64,000 bases of DNA from positions 1,728,001-1,792,000 of the forward strand of contig OY761611.1 in NCBI GenBank assembly GCA_963664875.1, given 5' to 3'. The stretch is from Candidatus Kapaibacterium sp. (GTDB lineage Bacteria > Bacteroidota > Ignavibacteria > Kapaibacteriales > UBA2268). The notes under the pieces were generated by a model. It was not told the origin of the DNA. It worked only from the letters and a program-made list of their open reading frames with translations, and did no database searches. The stretch's first letter is position 1. Every line of letters starts with the position of its first letter. The position numbers and the translations under genes were made by a program. Below are positions 50,494 to 60,854 of the stretch, piece by piece.

Positions 50494-51981
50494 ATGGAAA
50501 AATTTAAAAACTACATTAACGGACAGTGGGTTGACGCTGTTTCCGGTAAAACTTTTCAGAACATTAACCCCGCCAATTTAGAAGATATTATTGGCGAATT
50601 TGCTCTTTCAGAACAAGCCGACGTTGATAACGCAGTAGCAGCAGCTCGCGAAGCATATAAAACATGGAAAAAAATCCCTGCTCCTAAAAGAGGCGATATC
50701 CTCAAAAAAGCAGGCGACATTTTTGTTCGTCGCAAAAAAGAATTAGCTAAAATCATGACACGCGAAATGGGCAAACCTACATTCGAAACTGAAGGCGATG
50801 TGCAGGAAGCTATCGATACAGCTTTTTACTCTGCAAGCGAAACACGCCGCCTGTTCGGATTTACTGCTCCTTCTGAAATGGACAATAAAATGAATATGTC
50901 TTTCAGAACTCCTATCGGTGTTTGTGGTATCATCACTGCTTGGAATTTCCCTGTGGCTGTGCCTTCTTGGAAAATTCTTCCTGCACTTGCTGCAGGTAAC
51001 ACTGTTGTTTACAAACCTTCTAAAGAATCTCCGCACTCAGGTGTGATTTTTGCAGAAATCCTCGAAGAAGCAGGCCTACCAAAGGGCGTATTTAACTTAT
51101 TGACCGGCAAAGGCTCAATGGGTAACCTTATGGTTGAGCATCCTGGTATTGACCTTATCGGCTTTACCGGCTCTACTAATATTGGTTTCCAAATTGGCGA
51201 AATTTGCGGTAAAACTAATAAAAAATGCTCTCTCGAAATGGGTGGAAAAAACGCTCAAATCGTTATGCATGATGCAAACATGGACTTAGCAGTCGAAGGT
51301 GCATTATGGGGCGCTTTCGGTACGACAGGTCAAAGATGTACTGCAACTTCTCGCTGCATCGTTCACGCTGACGTTTATGATGAGTTTTTGGATAGAATGA
51401 AAGCAAGAGCTGAAAAATTGAAATTGGGTTACGGCCTTCTTAAAGAAACAGAAGTTGGTCCGGTTATCCACGAAGGTTCTTTGCAAAATTGCTTGAATTA
51501 TGTAGATATCGCTTTGAAAGAAGGCGGTCGATTAGTTACCGGTGGCAAAAGAGCTACTGACGGCGATTTAGCAAAAGGTTGCTTTATGGAACCAACTATC
51601 ATTGCTGATGTAACTAAAGATCACACTATCTTTAACGAAGAAATCTTCGGTCCTGTGCTTTCTGTTACTAAATGCGAATCATTAGACGAAGCAATCGAAT
51701 TGCAAAACCATTGCGAATTTGGTTTGTCTTCTGCTATTTTCACTCGCGACGTAAACGCTGCTTTCAAAGCAATCAGAGACATCGAAGCCGGTATTACTTA
51801 TATCAACGCTCCTACTATCGGCGCCGAAGCTCACATGCCTTTCGGTGGTGTAAAAGGTACCGGTAATGGTCACAGAGAAGGTGGCTGGACTGTATTTGAT
51901 ATCTTCACAGAATGGAAAACAGTTTATGTTGACTACTCTGACAAACTACAAAGAGCACAAATTGACAACTATGACGAATAA
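50494..51981 (+). CDS. NAD(P)-dependent aldehyde dehydrogenase
   Basis: ITAWNFP, FTGS, LEMGGKN, GQRCTA, EEIFGP. Confidence 0.95.
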   Translation: MEKFKNYINGQWVDAVSGKTFQNINPANLEDIIGEFALSEQADVDNAVAAAREAYKTWKKIPAPKRGDILKKAGDIFVRRKKELAKIMTREMGKPTFETEGDVQEAIDTAFYSASETRRLFGFTAPSEMDNKMNMSFRTPIGVCGIITAWNFPVAVPSWKILPALAAGNTVVYKPSKESPHSGVIFAEILEEAGLPKGVFNLLTGKGSMGNLMVEHPGIDLIGFTGSTNIGFQIGEICGKTNKKCSLEMGGKNAQIVMHDANMDLAVEGALWGAFGTTGQRCTATSRCIVHADVYDEFLDRMKARAEKLKLGYGLLKETEVGPVIHEGSLQNCLNYVDIALKEGGRLVTGGKRATDGDLAKGCFMEPTIIADVTKDHTIFNEEIFGPVLSVTKCESLDEAIELQNHCEFGLSSAIFTRDVNAAFKAIRDIEAGITYINAPTIGAEAHMPFGGVKGTGNGHREGGWTVFDIFTEWKTVYVDYSDKLQRAQIDNYDE

Positions 51982-52020
51982 ACAATTTAGATTTGTTTAT
52001 CTCATCAGTTAGCTGAGTTG

Positions 52021-52056
52021 CCGCAGATATCACCAAGGTATCTGCGGTTTTTTTTT
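52021..52056 (+). terminator. Intrinsic terminator
   Basis: CCGCAGATATC...GGTATCTGCGG followed by T9. Confidence 0.85.
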
Positions 52057-52099
52057 GGAAGATATTTTAGTTGTTCAAGTTAAATTCACCAAGAATTAT

Positions 52100-52133
52100 A
52101 AAAAAAGAGCATATATCTTAAATATATGCCCTT
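52100..52133 (-). terminator. Intrinsic terminator of the FKBP gene
   Basis: A run followed by GAGCATATAT...ATATATGCCC. Confidence 0.65.
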
Positions 52134-52163
52134 CAATTTTTTTATCTAAAGAGAGAGAAGATA

Positions 52164-52853
52164 TTACTTAAGAATATCTAATAGCTCTACTTCAAATACA
52201 AGTGTTCTGTTTGGTCCAATTTCGCCCGGGCCATTAGGACCATAAGCTAAATTAGCAGGTATGTAGAATATATATTTGCTGCCAACGCTCATAAGCTGCA
52301 AACCTTCTGTCCAACCCGGAATAACTCTGTCAAGCGGAAATTCTGCAGGTTGGCCACGCTCTACTGAGCTGTCAAATACTTTACCATCAATAAAAGTACC
52401 ATGGTAGTGCACTTTAACTCTATTTGTAGCAAGCGGTTTAGCTCCGTCGCCTTCTTTGATTACTTTATATTGCAAACCTGAAGCAGTTACTTTTACGCCT
52501 TCTTTGCTTTTATTTGCTTCTAAGAATTTGTTACCTTCTTCGAGATTAGCACTTCCGGCTTTGTTTTGCTGTTTCATTAAGTAAGCATTGATAAGCTCAC
52601 CTGCTTTTTCGCGGTTAATCAAAGTGTCTTTGTCGCTACCAAATGAGTTCCGGATACCTGATAGGAATGCATCTAAGTTCATTTCATCCAGTTTATCGTT
52701 TTTAAGGTTCAAGCCAATTGACTGACCTATTGCATAAGACACACTGTCCAATTCAGTTTTTAGAACAACTTTTTTTGTTTCGTTGTTTGCATTGGCATTG
52801 CATGCTATAATACCTACAATCACTGCAGCTAATACTAACATTTTAGCTTTCAT
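52164..52853 (-). CDS. FKBP-type peptidyl-prolyl isomerase (FklB/Mip type)
   Basis: SYAIG N-domain, SGLQY, VHYHG, FDSS, VIPGWTEGL, LAYG. Confidence 0.95.
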   Translation of the reverse strand: MKAKMLVLAAVIVGIIACNANANNETKKVVLKTELDSVSYAIGQSIGLNLKNDKLDEMNLDAFLSGIRNSFGSDKDTLINREKAGELINAYLMKQQNKAGSANLEEGNKFLEANKSKEGVKVTASGLQYKVIKEGDGAKPLATNRVKVHYHGTFIDGKVFDSSVERGQPAEFPLDRVIPGWTEGLQLMSVGSKYIFYIPANLAYGPNGPGEIGPNRTLVFEVELLDILK

Positions 52854-53034
52854 TAGGAAACTCCCTTAATGGTTATAATAAAAAAAATCTTATCTTCGTA
52901 TTATACTTATTGCAAATTTTGGACTATATTTTCCTATTGTGCAAAATTACAAACAGTAAAGATACCAATATTTTAAGACAAAGAAAAGATTATTCAATAG
53001 TAATATTAACATATCCTAAAAGACGGAGTATATC

Positions 53035-53502
53035 ATGCCAAAAATTATCGAAGGGATGTATGATGCAAAGGGCAAATCTTTTGCCATAGTTGTAACCAGA
53101 TGGAACCAGTTTGTAGTTTCCAAATTATTAGATGGTGCGTTGGACGGGCTAAAAAGAAACAAAGCCGACGACGCAAAAATCACAGTTGCGTATTGCCCCG
53201 GCTCTTTCGAAATTCCGCTTGTAGTGCAAAAGTTTGCCAAATCCGGCAAATATGATGCTGTTATTGCTCTCGGTGCAGTCATCAGAGGAGCTACTCCTCA
53301 TTTTGATTACGTTTCTGCAGAAGTAACAAAAGGGGTCGCTCATGTCCAACTCGAAACAGGTATCCCATGTGTCCTTGGAGTACTTACAACTGATACAATC
53401 GAGCAGGCAATTGAACGTGCAGGCAGTAAAGCGGGTAATAAAGGTTTTGAAGCTGCCACTACTGCAATAGAAATGGCAAATTTACTTCAGGAACTCAAAT
53501 AG
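53035..53502 (+). CDS. ribH: 6,7-dimethyl-8-ribityllumazine synthase
   Basis: [32 protein letters not shown]. Confidence 0.97.
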   Translation: MPKIIEGMYDAKGKSFAIVVTRWNQFVVSKLLDGALDGLKRNKADDAKITVAYCPGSFEIPLVVQKFAKSGKYDAVIALGAVIRGATPHFDYVSAEVTKGVAHVQLETGIPCVLGVLTTDTIEQAIERAGSKAGNKGFEAATTAIEMANLLQELK

Positions 53503-53534
53503 CATTTGTAACACCAATTTACTGTGATATAGCA

Positions 53535-55757
53535 ATGCGTAAACTTAGTCTGATATTATTGCTCTCTATATTTTCCTTAACCACTTCATACAGTCAGGTC
53601 AGACTTGACAATTGGAAGACATATTCATCGCTTACAGACATCTATCAGGTCGATGTGGATGATGATATGAATGTCTGGGCAGCATGCTCAGGAGGTCTGT
53701 TTAAGTATGAAACCGGAACAGAAAAACTGATTCCATATACTAATATCGACGCTCTTTTGAGTTTAGATATCAGCTCAGTTCTGTGTGGTAATAACGGAGA
53801 AGTTTACGCCGGCTCTACTGATGGTGTTATTCATGTTTTAGACAAAAACGGCAAATGGAGCTATCTTACAGATATTCGCTCTGCCGGAAAACCTAATCCT
53901 TCCATAAGAAAAATGTTCCTCTATGATGAGAAGCTCTATGCTGTAGGTGGATTTGGAATTTCTGTTATAGATAAAGATCAACATATTTTTATAGAGTCTG
54001 CTTCTAAATTCGGAGACCTTCCTGCCAATGCTGAAGTCAGAGATGCTACAATACTTGGCGATTCGGTATTTCTTGCTACATCAACAGGCATTGCAGCTGC
54101 AAAAATAAATAAATCACTTGTTGATCCCAATAACTGGTTAACATACAAGAATAAAGACTTCGGCAATAATACTTTTTTCCATATTGCTGCTTACAAAGGT
54201 CAAATCTATGCCGGCACGGAAGAAAATATTTATATTGTCAAATCAGATACTTTCCTTCTTCATAAGAAAGTTGAATACGGACTCACAGGACTAAAATCTA
54301 CTGAAAGTAATCTTTATTATTCAAGTTTATCAAAAATAATAAGCACTGAGGGAGAGATTGCATTCCCTCACTCAGAACCCGTTTCAGGATTTATAGTGTT
54401 AGATGAGCAGGAAGGCAAATTTCTTGTTACTCTCAAAAAATATGGTATCAGTTTAGTTAAATCAGGAGAGAGTAAAGAAATAGTACCAAACTCACCAAAT
54501 TCGAATCTATACAGCTCAACTGACGTTGATAGCCAAGGCAATTTTTGGGTAGCCAGTTCATCAGGAGGCGGCACAGGTGTTATGAAATTTGATGGAGAAA
54601 ATTGGACAAATTATACAGCCAAATTGCCTGAAATAGAAACAAACGACTTTTTCAAAATAAAATCAGGAAGCAACGGTAAAACGATTGCTTCTACATGGGG
54701 CGATGGTTTTTATATATTCGAAAATGACGGCTCTATTACTCATTACGACGAGAGCAATACTCCAATGAAAGGTATTGCATCTGCACCTACTTATACATTG
54801 GCAGGATGCTCTGAATATGACTTTATCGGTAATCTCTGGGTTGTAAATTATGGAGAAAATTCTGCAGGTCCTGTGCTTATAGCAATGGAACCAAGCGGCA
54901 CTATGCATTCTTTCCAAAACAACTACAGTCCCAATGCCCGCCATTATGTTGCAATGACTATTGACTACTCCGGTACAAAATGGCTGGGATCTACAGAAAA
55001 GTTTAATTCAGGTCTTTATTATTTCAATGAACGAAACACTTTAGAAGATTTGTCAGATGATATTTTTGGTACATTTACAAGTTCTTCTCTAAACAATCTA
55101 CCTGCGAATACTATCAATGACCTCGCAACAGACAAGCAAGGCAAGGTCTGGGTTGCTACTTCTTCCGGTATATGCCAAATACTTAACCCCGGAGCAGTGC
55201 TTAGCAATCAGAAGCCTATCGCAGTCTTTTCTAATTTGATTGGCAATGTTCAGGTTTACGATATAGAAGTAGATGCAATAGATAATAAATGGGTAGCTAC
55301 TTCTTCAGGTTTGTGGGTATTAGATGCGGAGGGAACTGAAGTACTGGCTATTATAAATAAAAGTAACTCTCCCCTAACTACAGACGTAATAGAAAGTGTT
55401 TCACTCGACGATGGTACAGGTAGAGTCTTTATTGGCACTAAAGAGGGACTTTTCACTGCTTATAGCTTGTCAGTAGCACCTGAAGATAATCATAACATTT
55501 CTTGCTATCCGCAGCCATTCAAACCGAGGAAAGACAGCGAAATAGTAATAGAAGGGCTAGCAGGGAACTCTGATGTGAGAATTCTGACTACCAACGGACA
55601 GTTAGTTGCTTCTATCCAAAGTGCAGGTGCTAAAACGATTTGGAACGGAAAAGACCAAAACGGAAACTATGTCCAGACAGGTGTGTATCTTATTGTAGCA
55701 AGCTCAGAAACCTCAGGAGCAACTGCAGTACAAAAAATTGCAGTAATCAATGATTAG
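53535..55757 (+). CDS. porZ: PorZ-like T9SS component (two beta-propellers + CTD)
   Basis: WKTYSS N-terminus, Reg_prop-like repeats (D..G.KW...T..G), IEVDAIDNKWVAT, C-terminal YPQP...WNGKD..G..V.TGVY. Confidence 0.75.
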   Translation: MRKLSLILLLSIFSLTTSYSQVRLDNWKTYSSLTDIYQVDVDDDMNVWAACSGGLFKYETGTEKLIPYTNIDALLSLDISSVLCGNNGEVYAGSTDGVIHVLDKNGKWSYLTDIRSAGKPNPSIRKMFLYDEKLYAVGGFGISVIDKDQHIFIESASKFGDLPANAEVRDATILGDSVFLATSTGIAAAKINKSLVDPNNWLTYKNKDFGNNTFFHIAAYKGQIYAGTEENIYIVKSDTFLLHKKVEYGLTGLKSTESNLYYSSLSKIISTEGEIAFPHSEPVSGFIVLDEQEGKFLVTLKKYGISLVKSGESKEIVPNSPNSNLYSSTDVDSQGNFWVASSSGGGTGVMKFDGENWTNYTAKLPEIETNDFFKIKSGSNGKTIASTWGDGFYIFENDGSITHYDESNTPMKGIASAPTYTLAGCSEYDFIGNLWVVNYGENSAGPVLIAMEPSGTMHSFQNNYSPNARHYVAMTIDYSGTKWLGSTEKFNSGLYYFNERNTLEDLSDDIFGTFTSSSLNNLPANTINDLATDKQGKVWVATSSGICQILNPGAVLSNQKPIAVFSNLIGNVQVYDIEVDAIDNKWVATSSGLWVLDAEGTEVLAIINKSNSPLTTDVIESVSLDDGTGRVFIGTKEGLFTAYSLSVAPEDNHNISCYPQPFKPRKDSEIVIEGLAGNSDVRILTTNGQLVASIQSAGAKTIWNGKDQNGNYVQTGVYLIVASSETSGATAVQKIAVIND

Positions 55758-55785
55758 TTTTCATAAGTTTGCATCTTACTAAAAC

Positions 55786-57456
55786 ATGCAAACAATCAAA
55801 CGGAGCAAGACCTTGGAGCAAGTAAAAATATCTATATTGATGATTTTGTTTGGCATATTTATCTATTCAGAGGCCGAATCACAGTTGAAAATTGACAATA
55901 TCTATTTCGAACAAAAAGATGTTTTCGATTCGACACAGTCTGATTGGTTTTTTGCGGCTCCACTTCTTAATGCTCTTCACACTAACACGAGAAACTACAT
56001 AGTTCGCGACGAATTGCTATTCGAATCTAATCAATGGGTCGAAGAAGAACTATTGTTCGAGACAGAGAGGAATCTGCGTCAAAGCGGTCTTTTTACTAAT
56101 GTCAGAATTGAACTCGATTCAGTTGGTGAGGATCGATACGATGCTTATGTAATCACTCAGGACAGATGGTCCACTTATCCCTCTGCATTATTCGGAACGG
56201 GCGGTGGTGAAAACACCTACGGATTCCGCATGGAGGAGTTCAATCTGGCAGGATTTGGCACTTACATTGCCGGAGAAGCTCTTCACCGCTCAGAAAACGG
56301 TATTGGTTGGCAGGGTGCAGCGACTCTGACTCAACCACGCCTCTTTAGATCGGAATTAATGCTAACAGCCGGAATTTTGGCTCATGAAAAGCGGACCACT
56401 CAATCTTTTGCAATAACAAAGCCATATCGAACAACCTATACTAATTTTGCTTATGGAGTAAACGCCGAAAATACATTTGGCAGCGACTATATGTACCTTT
56501 TTGATCAAAGCAGCTACACTTTGCTCGATTTTACCGAAAAAAAAGCACAGGCATGGTTTTCGAAAGCTTGGGACAAAAAGGACAGAATCTTTTTTACGGG
56601 ATTAGTAGAATACCATGATGTCAATAGAAGTAATATCTACGACCCGGTTTCAAAAAAATATTCGAGCACAGCAAGAGCTTTTGACAATACAGGTAAAATC
56701 ATTGCAGCTTTTTCTTCGATAGACCAAAATTTCTATTCAACAACAAAACTTAATTCTTACTTTGTTGAAGATATGACCGTAGGTGGGTGGGGTACTGCAA
56801 TTTTAGGTAAATTTTTTCCAATTGGCAGCAAAGGTGAGAGTTATTACTACGTAGCCGGAAAAGGGGAAATGTCCCACTATGACGGCATAAATTATATCTT
56901 TGGTTCTGTTGTCGGGGCGAGTGCTTTCGAAACCGGCAGAAGTGTCAATACTTATTTGGAATTCCAAGGCAAAGCATTTCACAGGTTCAATTCGGACTTG
57001 CTAATTGCACTTAATCTAAGGCAACAAACAGTTTGGAACTGGTTCGCATTACGCCAGCTGATAATAGATAATGACTATGGAATGAGAGGCTATCCTGTCA
57101 ATTACCTTTCAGGTGACAACAGAATAATCGGCAATCTTGAGCTACGGTACTTCCCTGATTGGGAACTGTCAGTCTTCAAACTAAGCGGCGTAGTCTTTTA
57201 TGATTTTGGCTCAGTATGGGAACAGCAAACTCCTGTTTACAAATCAAAACTGCACAATTCTATGGGTCTGGGACTCAGGTTCCATTTTACCAAATCTCCA
57301 AATGAAAACCATGTTTTTCGTATAGATGTGGGCTACAATTTCGATGATATGAAAATTGGCGGAATAGTATTTACAACATCTCAGCAGTTTTCTGCATTTA
57401 CAAATCACCTATTCAAGTTGCCAAAAATCTTCGGATTAGATTTTGATTACGAGTAA
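55786..57456 (+). CDS. Omp85/BamA-TamA family outer membrane protein (single POTRA)
   Basis: LHTNTR...ELLF...ETERNLR POTRA, EFNLAGFG, MRGY loop-6 motif, ELR, FYDFG. Confidence 0.82.
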   Translation: MQTIKRSKTLEQVKISILMILFGIFIYSEAESQLKIDNIYFEQKDVFDSTQSDWFFAAPLLNALHTNTRNYIVRDELLFESNQWVEEELLFETERNLRQSGLFTNVRIELDSVGEDRYDAYVITQDRWSTYPSALFGTGGGENTYGFRMEEFNLAGFGTYIAGEALHRSENGIGWQGAATLTQPRLFRSELMLTAGILAHEKRTTQSFAITKPYRTTYTNFAYGVNAENTFGSDYMYLFDQSSYTLLDFTEKKAQAWFSKAWDKKDRIFFTGLVEYHDVNRSNIYDPVSKKYSSTARAFDNTGKIIAAFSSIDQNFYSTTKLNSYFVEDMTVGGWGTAILGKFFPIGSKGESYYYVAGKGEMSHYDGINYIFGSVVGASAFETGRSVNTYLEFQGKAFHRFNSDLLIALNLRQQTVWNWFALRQLIIDNDYGMRGYPVNYLSGDNRIIGNLELRYFPDWELSVFKLSGVVFYDFGSVWEQQTPVYKSKLHNSMGLGLRFHFTKSPNENHVFRIDVGYNFDDMKIGGIVFTTSQQFSAFTNHLFKLPKIFGLDFDYE

Positions 57457-57604
57457 GATGTAACCGCAAAATTATTGGTTATTCTATATTTTTCGAGATT
57501 GATAAATATATATCAAAAACCGGAAATACATTTCTGCATCTCCGGTCTGATGTTTAAACTTTTTCAAAAATAACTTCAATCTTATAGTGAATTGCTATAT
57601 ACTG

Positions 57605-58294
57605 TTAGTCATTGTGATATACAAATGTAACTGCGTCATTAGGCAGCTTGCTGACAGTTTTTTTAGAAGAAGGACCTGATTTGTGCTCTTCAAGATTCCA
57701 GCCTTTTTTGCAATTAATATCGAATCCACTTACTAAATCGCCTGCAAAGTTGATGCCGTCGCCTTTTGCACTGCCGTCAGCTGAGTAGAAGTAATAGTAA
57801 TAATCCGTATCAAATTCTTCTTCAGATTTGCTTAAAACTTTAGAGAACATTAGTCTTTCTTCGCCATCAACTACAACATATGCTTTTGCAGGAAAAATTG
57901 AAGCAGCAAGATTCGACGGATTAACAACAACTCCTGTTAAGTTATATGCAACATCAAAAGTATTTGCTGTACTCATTGACTTTGTAAGAGTGTATTCGTA
58001 AGTACCGTCTGCATTTACTTTGCCTTCTCCTATTTTATACTCTTCACTGCCATTTGTACCAAGATAAACATTGATTTGGCACTCGCCCAAAGACCATGCA
58101 CTTATTTCTGCACCTAATATAAGGCTTGTAGATTTTTGCAATGTACCATTTACAGTAAGCTCAGTTGCCTGAATAGTGGTAGTTGTAGGTGTAGTGATTG
58201 GAGCAGTTGTGCTTTCATCGTCAGAGCAAGCTGCTACAAAACTAACCATTAGTGCTAATAAAAGCACTTTCAAAAGATAATTAAATTTTGCCAT
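57605..58294 (-). CDS. Hypothetical lipoprotein
   Basis: Lipobox VAAC-SDD, Thr-rich linker, KKGWN near the C-terminus. Confidence 0.8.
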   Translation of the reverse strand: MAKFNYLLKVLLLALMVSFVAACSDDESTTAPITTPTTTTIQATELTVNGTLQKSTSLILGAEISAWSLGECQINVYLGTNGSEEYKIGEGKVNADGTYEYTLTKSMSTANTFDVAYNLTGVVVNPSNLAASIFPAKAYVVVDGEERLMFSKVLSKSEEEFDTDYYYYFYSADGSAKGDGINFAGDLVSGFDINCKKGWNLEEHKSGPSSKKTVSKLPNDAVTFVYHND

Positions 58295-58437
58295 CTGAAA
58301 TCTCCTGATTTTGGATTCTGTTAAAAAAGATAATGCAAAATACTATATTTTAATATAAAACCATAAAATATTTACTTTACACATGGTTTTACAGTTGATT
58401 ACAATAGCTCAGTCAGCCATTTTTTCATTTACCAAAG

Positions 58438-59889
58438 TCAGTTCTTGTTTGTTTGCAAAAATTGTTCTGCAGTTTCAAGAATAGTTGCCCATGCTTCTTG
58501 GACATGATATTCTTTTAGATAGGTCTGACCTGCCACCATTCTAATTGTATATTTGCCGTTGAGCTTGGTATGAGTCAGATACAACTTTCCATCTGAATTT
58601 ATAGTCTCAAGAAATTTTGCATTTATGTTATTTATTTCTTCCGAATTCAATTCGATTGATGGTACTAATCGAAAGCAAATTAAGTTCAGAGAAACCGGAG
58701 CCAGTATTTCGAAATTGGGATGAACTTTCATCTGTTTTGCAACATTTTGCACCCATTTAATTTGATTACGGATTATCTGCTGCATTTGCTCTATGCCAAA
58801 GCTACGAATCACAAACCAGAGTTTGAGCGCTCTGAACCTCCTGCCTAACTGGATACCCCAGTCACGGTAATTATTAACTACATCATCGGATTTTGTTTTC
58901 AAATATTCAGGCAAAATTTCAAATGTCCTTACCAGAGCTTCCTTGTCCTTTACAAAGTAAGCTGTACAGTCAAAGTTTGTAAACATCCATTTATGCGGAT
59001 TGAATACATAGGAATCTACAAACTCAGCCCCATTGATGAAGTGCCTGTATTCAGGAAGCAACATTGCAGTCCCGGCATAAGCAGCATCAACATGCAACCA
59101 TATTCCATATCTGTTGCAAATTTCGCCTATTGCAGCAAGCGGATCGATAGCTGTGCTTCCGGTTGTACCTATAGCAGCAACGGCGAAACAAGGAACAAAA
59201 CCCTCAGCCAAATCCCGTTTGATATTTTGTTCAAGATCATTTACGTCCATTGCGAAGTTTTCGTCAGTTTTTATAAGTCTCAGAGCAGTTCTACCAAATC
59301 CTGCTATCTTGGCAGCTTTTTCTATAGATGAGTGTGCCTGCTCCGAACAGTAAACAGTAAATTTCTCACTACCATCAAATCCTGACTGATTTATTTTATA
59401 TGAGCTTTTTTTCTCTCGGGCGGACAATAGAGCAGCCAGAGTGGCAGTAGAAGCAGTATCCTGTATGACTCCCTCCCAGCTTTTTGGAAGCCCACACATA
59501 TCACGTAGCCATTGCATCACTCGTTCTTCTAGTTCCGCAGCCGCAGGAGAGGTATCCCAAATCATACACTGTGAAGCAAGAGCTGAACTAAGCAACTCAC
59601 CAAGAAGCGCAGGATAGCTACTGTTTGCCGGAAAGTAAGCCATGAATTTGGGATGTTGCCAGTGAGTAATTCCGGGCATTATAATCTGCTTGAAGTCATC
59701 ATAAATCGAGTTGAAATCTTCTGCTTTTTCCGGAGCAGATTCAGGAAGCTGTGATAAAATATCACCCGGTTTGACTAAAGATTTCGGAGGTAGATTTTCA
59801 ATATTTTCAAAGTAATCTGCAATTTCATCTACCATATTGTGCGCATAAAGTCGAAAATCGTCAAGAGTCATATTATTTTCCCTTTTCAT
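58438..59889 (-). CDS. Group II PLP-dependent decarboxylase (aromatic-L-amino-acid decarboxylase-like)
   Basis: PGITHWQHP, SPAAAELE, AHSS, HVDAAYAG, NPHKW, LGRRFRALKLW. Confidence 0.92.
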   Translation of the reverse strand: MKRENNMTLDDFRLYAHNMVDEIADYFENIENLPPKSLVKPGDILSQLPESAPEKAEDFNSIYDDFKQIIMPGITHWQHPKFMAYFPANSSYPALLGELLSSALASQCMIWDTSPAAAELEERVMQWLRDMCGLPKSWEGVIQDTASTATLAALLSAREKKSSYKINQSGFDGSEKFTVYCSEQAHSSIEKAAKIAGFGRTALRLIKTDENFAMDVNDLEQNIKRDLAEGFVPCFAVAAIGTTGSTAIDPLAAIGEICNRYGIWLHVDAAYAGTAMLLPEYRHFINGAEFVDSYVFNPHKWMFTNFDCTAYFVKDKEALVRTFEILPEYLKTKSDDVVNNYRDWGIQLGRRFRALKLWFVIRSFGIEQMQQIIRNQIKWVQNVAKQMKVHPNFEILAPVSLNLICFRLVPSIELNSEEINNINAKFLETINSDGKLYLTHTKLNGKYTIRMVAGQTYLKEYHVQEAWATILETAEQFLQTNKN

Positions 59890-59963
59890 ATAAACTAATT
59901 CCTTAAATATCCTTATTTTGGAGGATAAAATCAAAATTATTATTCAGAAGTTTGATATTGCAG

Positions 59964-60854
59964 ATGAGAAAGTATAAGATATTGCTAACTAATCACAGCC
60001 TTGATAAAACCACCGGCTCCGAAACTTATTGCTATAATTTAGCCTTTAGATTTTCACAAGAGCATGATGTATATATATGGACACCAAATCAGGGACAGAT
60101 GTCAGAAAAAATCAAACAATTTGCCACAGTTTTAGACAAACCCGAAGGTAAGTTTGATTTCATATTTTATAATCATAACAATACTCAATCTGATGATTTT
60201 CATGCTGAGGCTAAAATATTTACTATGCAGGGAATCTTCCCGGAATTGGAGCAACCTCCTTTGGGAATGGATGCCTACGTAGCCATTTCAGAAGAAATTG
60301 CAAACTTTCACTGCCAACTCCAACCGCATATAATCCGAAATGGAATAGATACAGAATTATACAATATGACGAAACGACAAGGCAAGCCCAAAAATGTGCT
60401 TTTTTCGAGCAATTACAGATCAAAATTGCACAAAACTATAAAGTATGCTTGCTGGAGTCTTGGCTTAAAATTTAGAAGAATAGGGGATAAAAACCTTAAA
60501 TATGACGTATTGCCTGAATTAGAATGGGCTGACATAGTAATCGGTTTAGGAAGAACCGCTTTGGAAGCTCTAAGCTGTAATAAAAAGGTAATAGTTGCCG
60601 ACAGAAGAGACTACAGTGATTTGGGTATGGATGGTTTGCTTACAGTAGAAAATATCAAAGATGTTCAACAGAACAATTTCTCCGGCAGAAGATACAAAAA
60701 ACCAATCTGCTACCTTAGCATTAGAGATGAATTAAAAAAAGCCCTCAATGATAGTTCAACATGGGAAAGACAGTACATCCTTGATAACTATGATATCAAT
60801 AGTATTATCAAACAGTACATCAGTCTCGCAGAAAGCATTGCTGCATCTAAATAG
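59964..60854 (+). CDS. GT-B (family 4-like) glycosyltransferase
   Basis: TGSETY, AISEEI, IRNGID, ADIVIGLGRTALEALSC. Confidence 0.72.
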   Translation: MRKYKILLTNHSLDKTTGSETYCYNLAFRFSQEHDVYIWTPNQGQMSEKIKQFATVLDKPEGKFDFIFYNHNNTQSDDFHAEAKIFTMQGIFPELEQPPLGMDAYVAISEEIANFHCQLQPHIIRNGIDTELYNMTKRQGKPKNVLFSSNYRSKLHKTIKYACWSLGLKFRRIGDKNLKYDVLPELEWADIVIGLGRTALEALSCNKKVIVADRRDYSDLGMDGLLTVENIKDVQQNNFSGRRYKKPICYLSIRDELKKALNDSSTWERQYILDNYDINSIIKQYISLAESIAASK

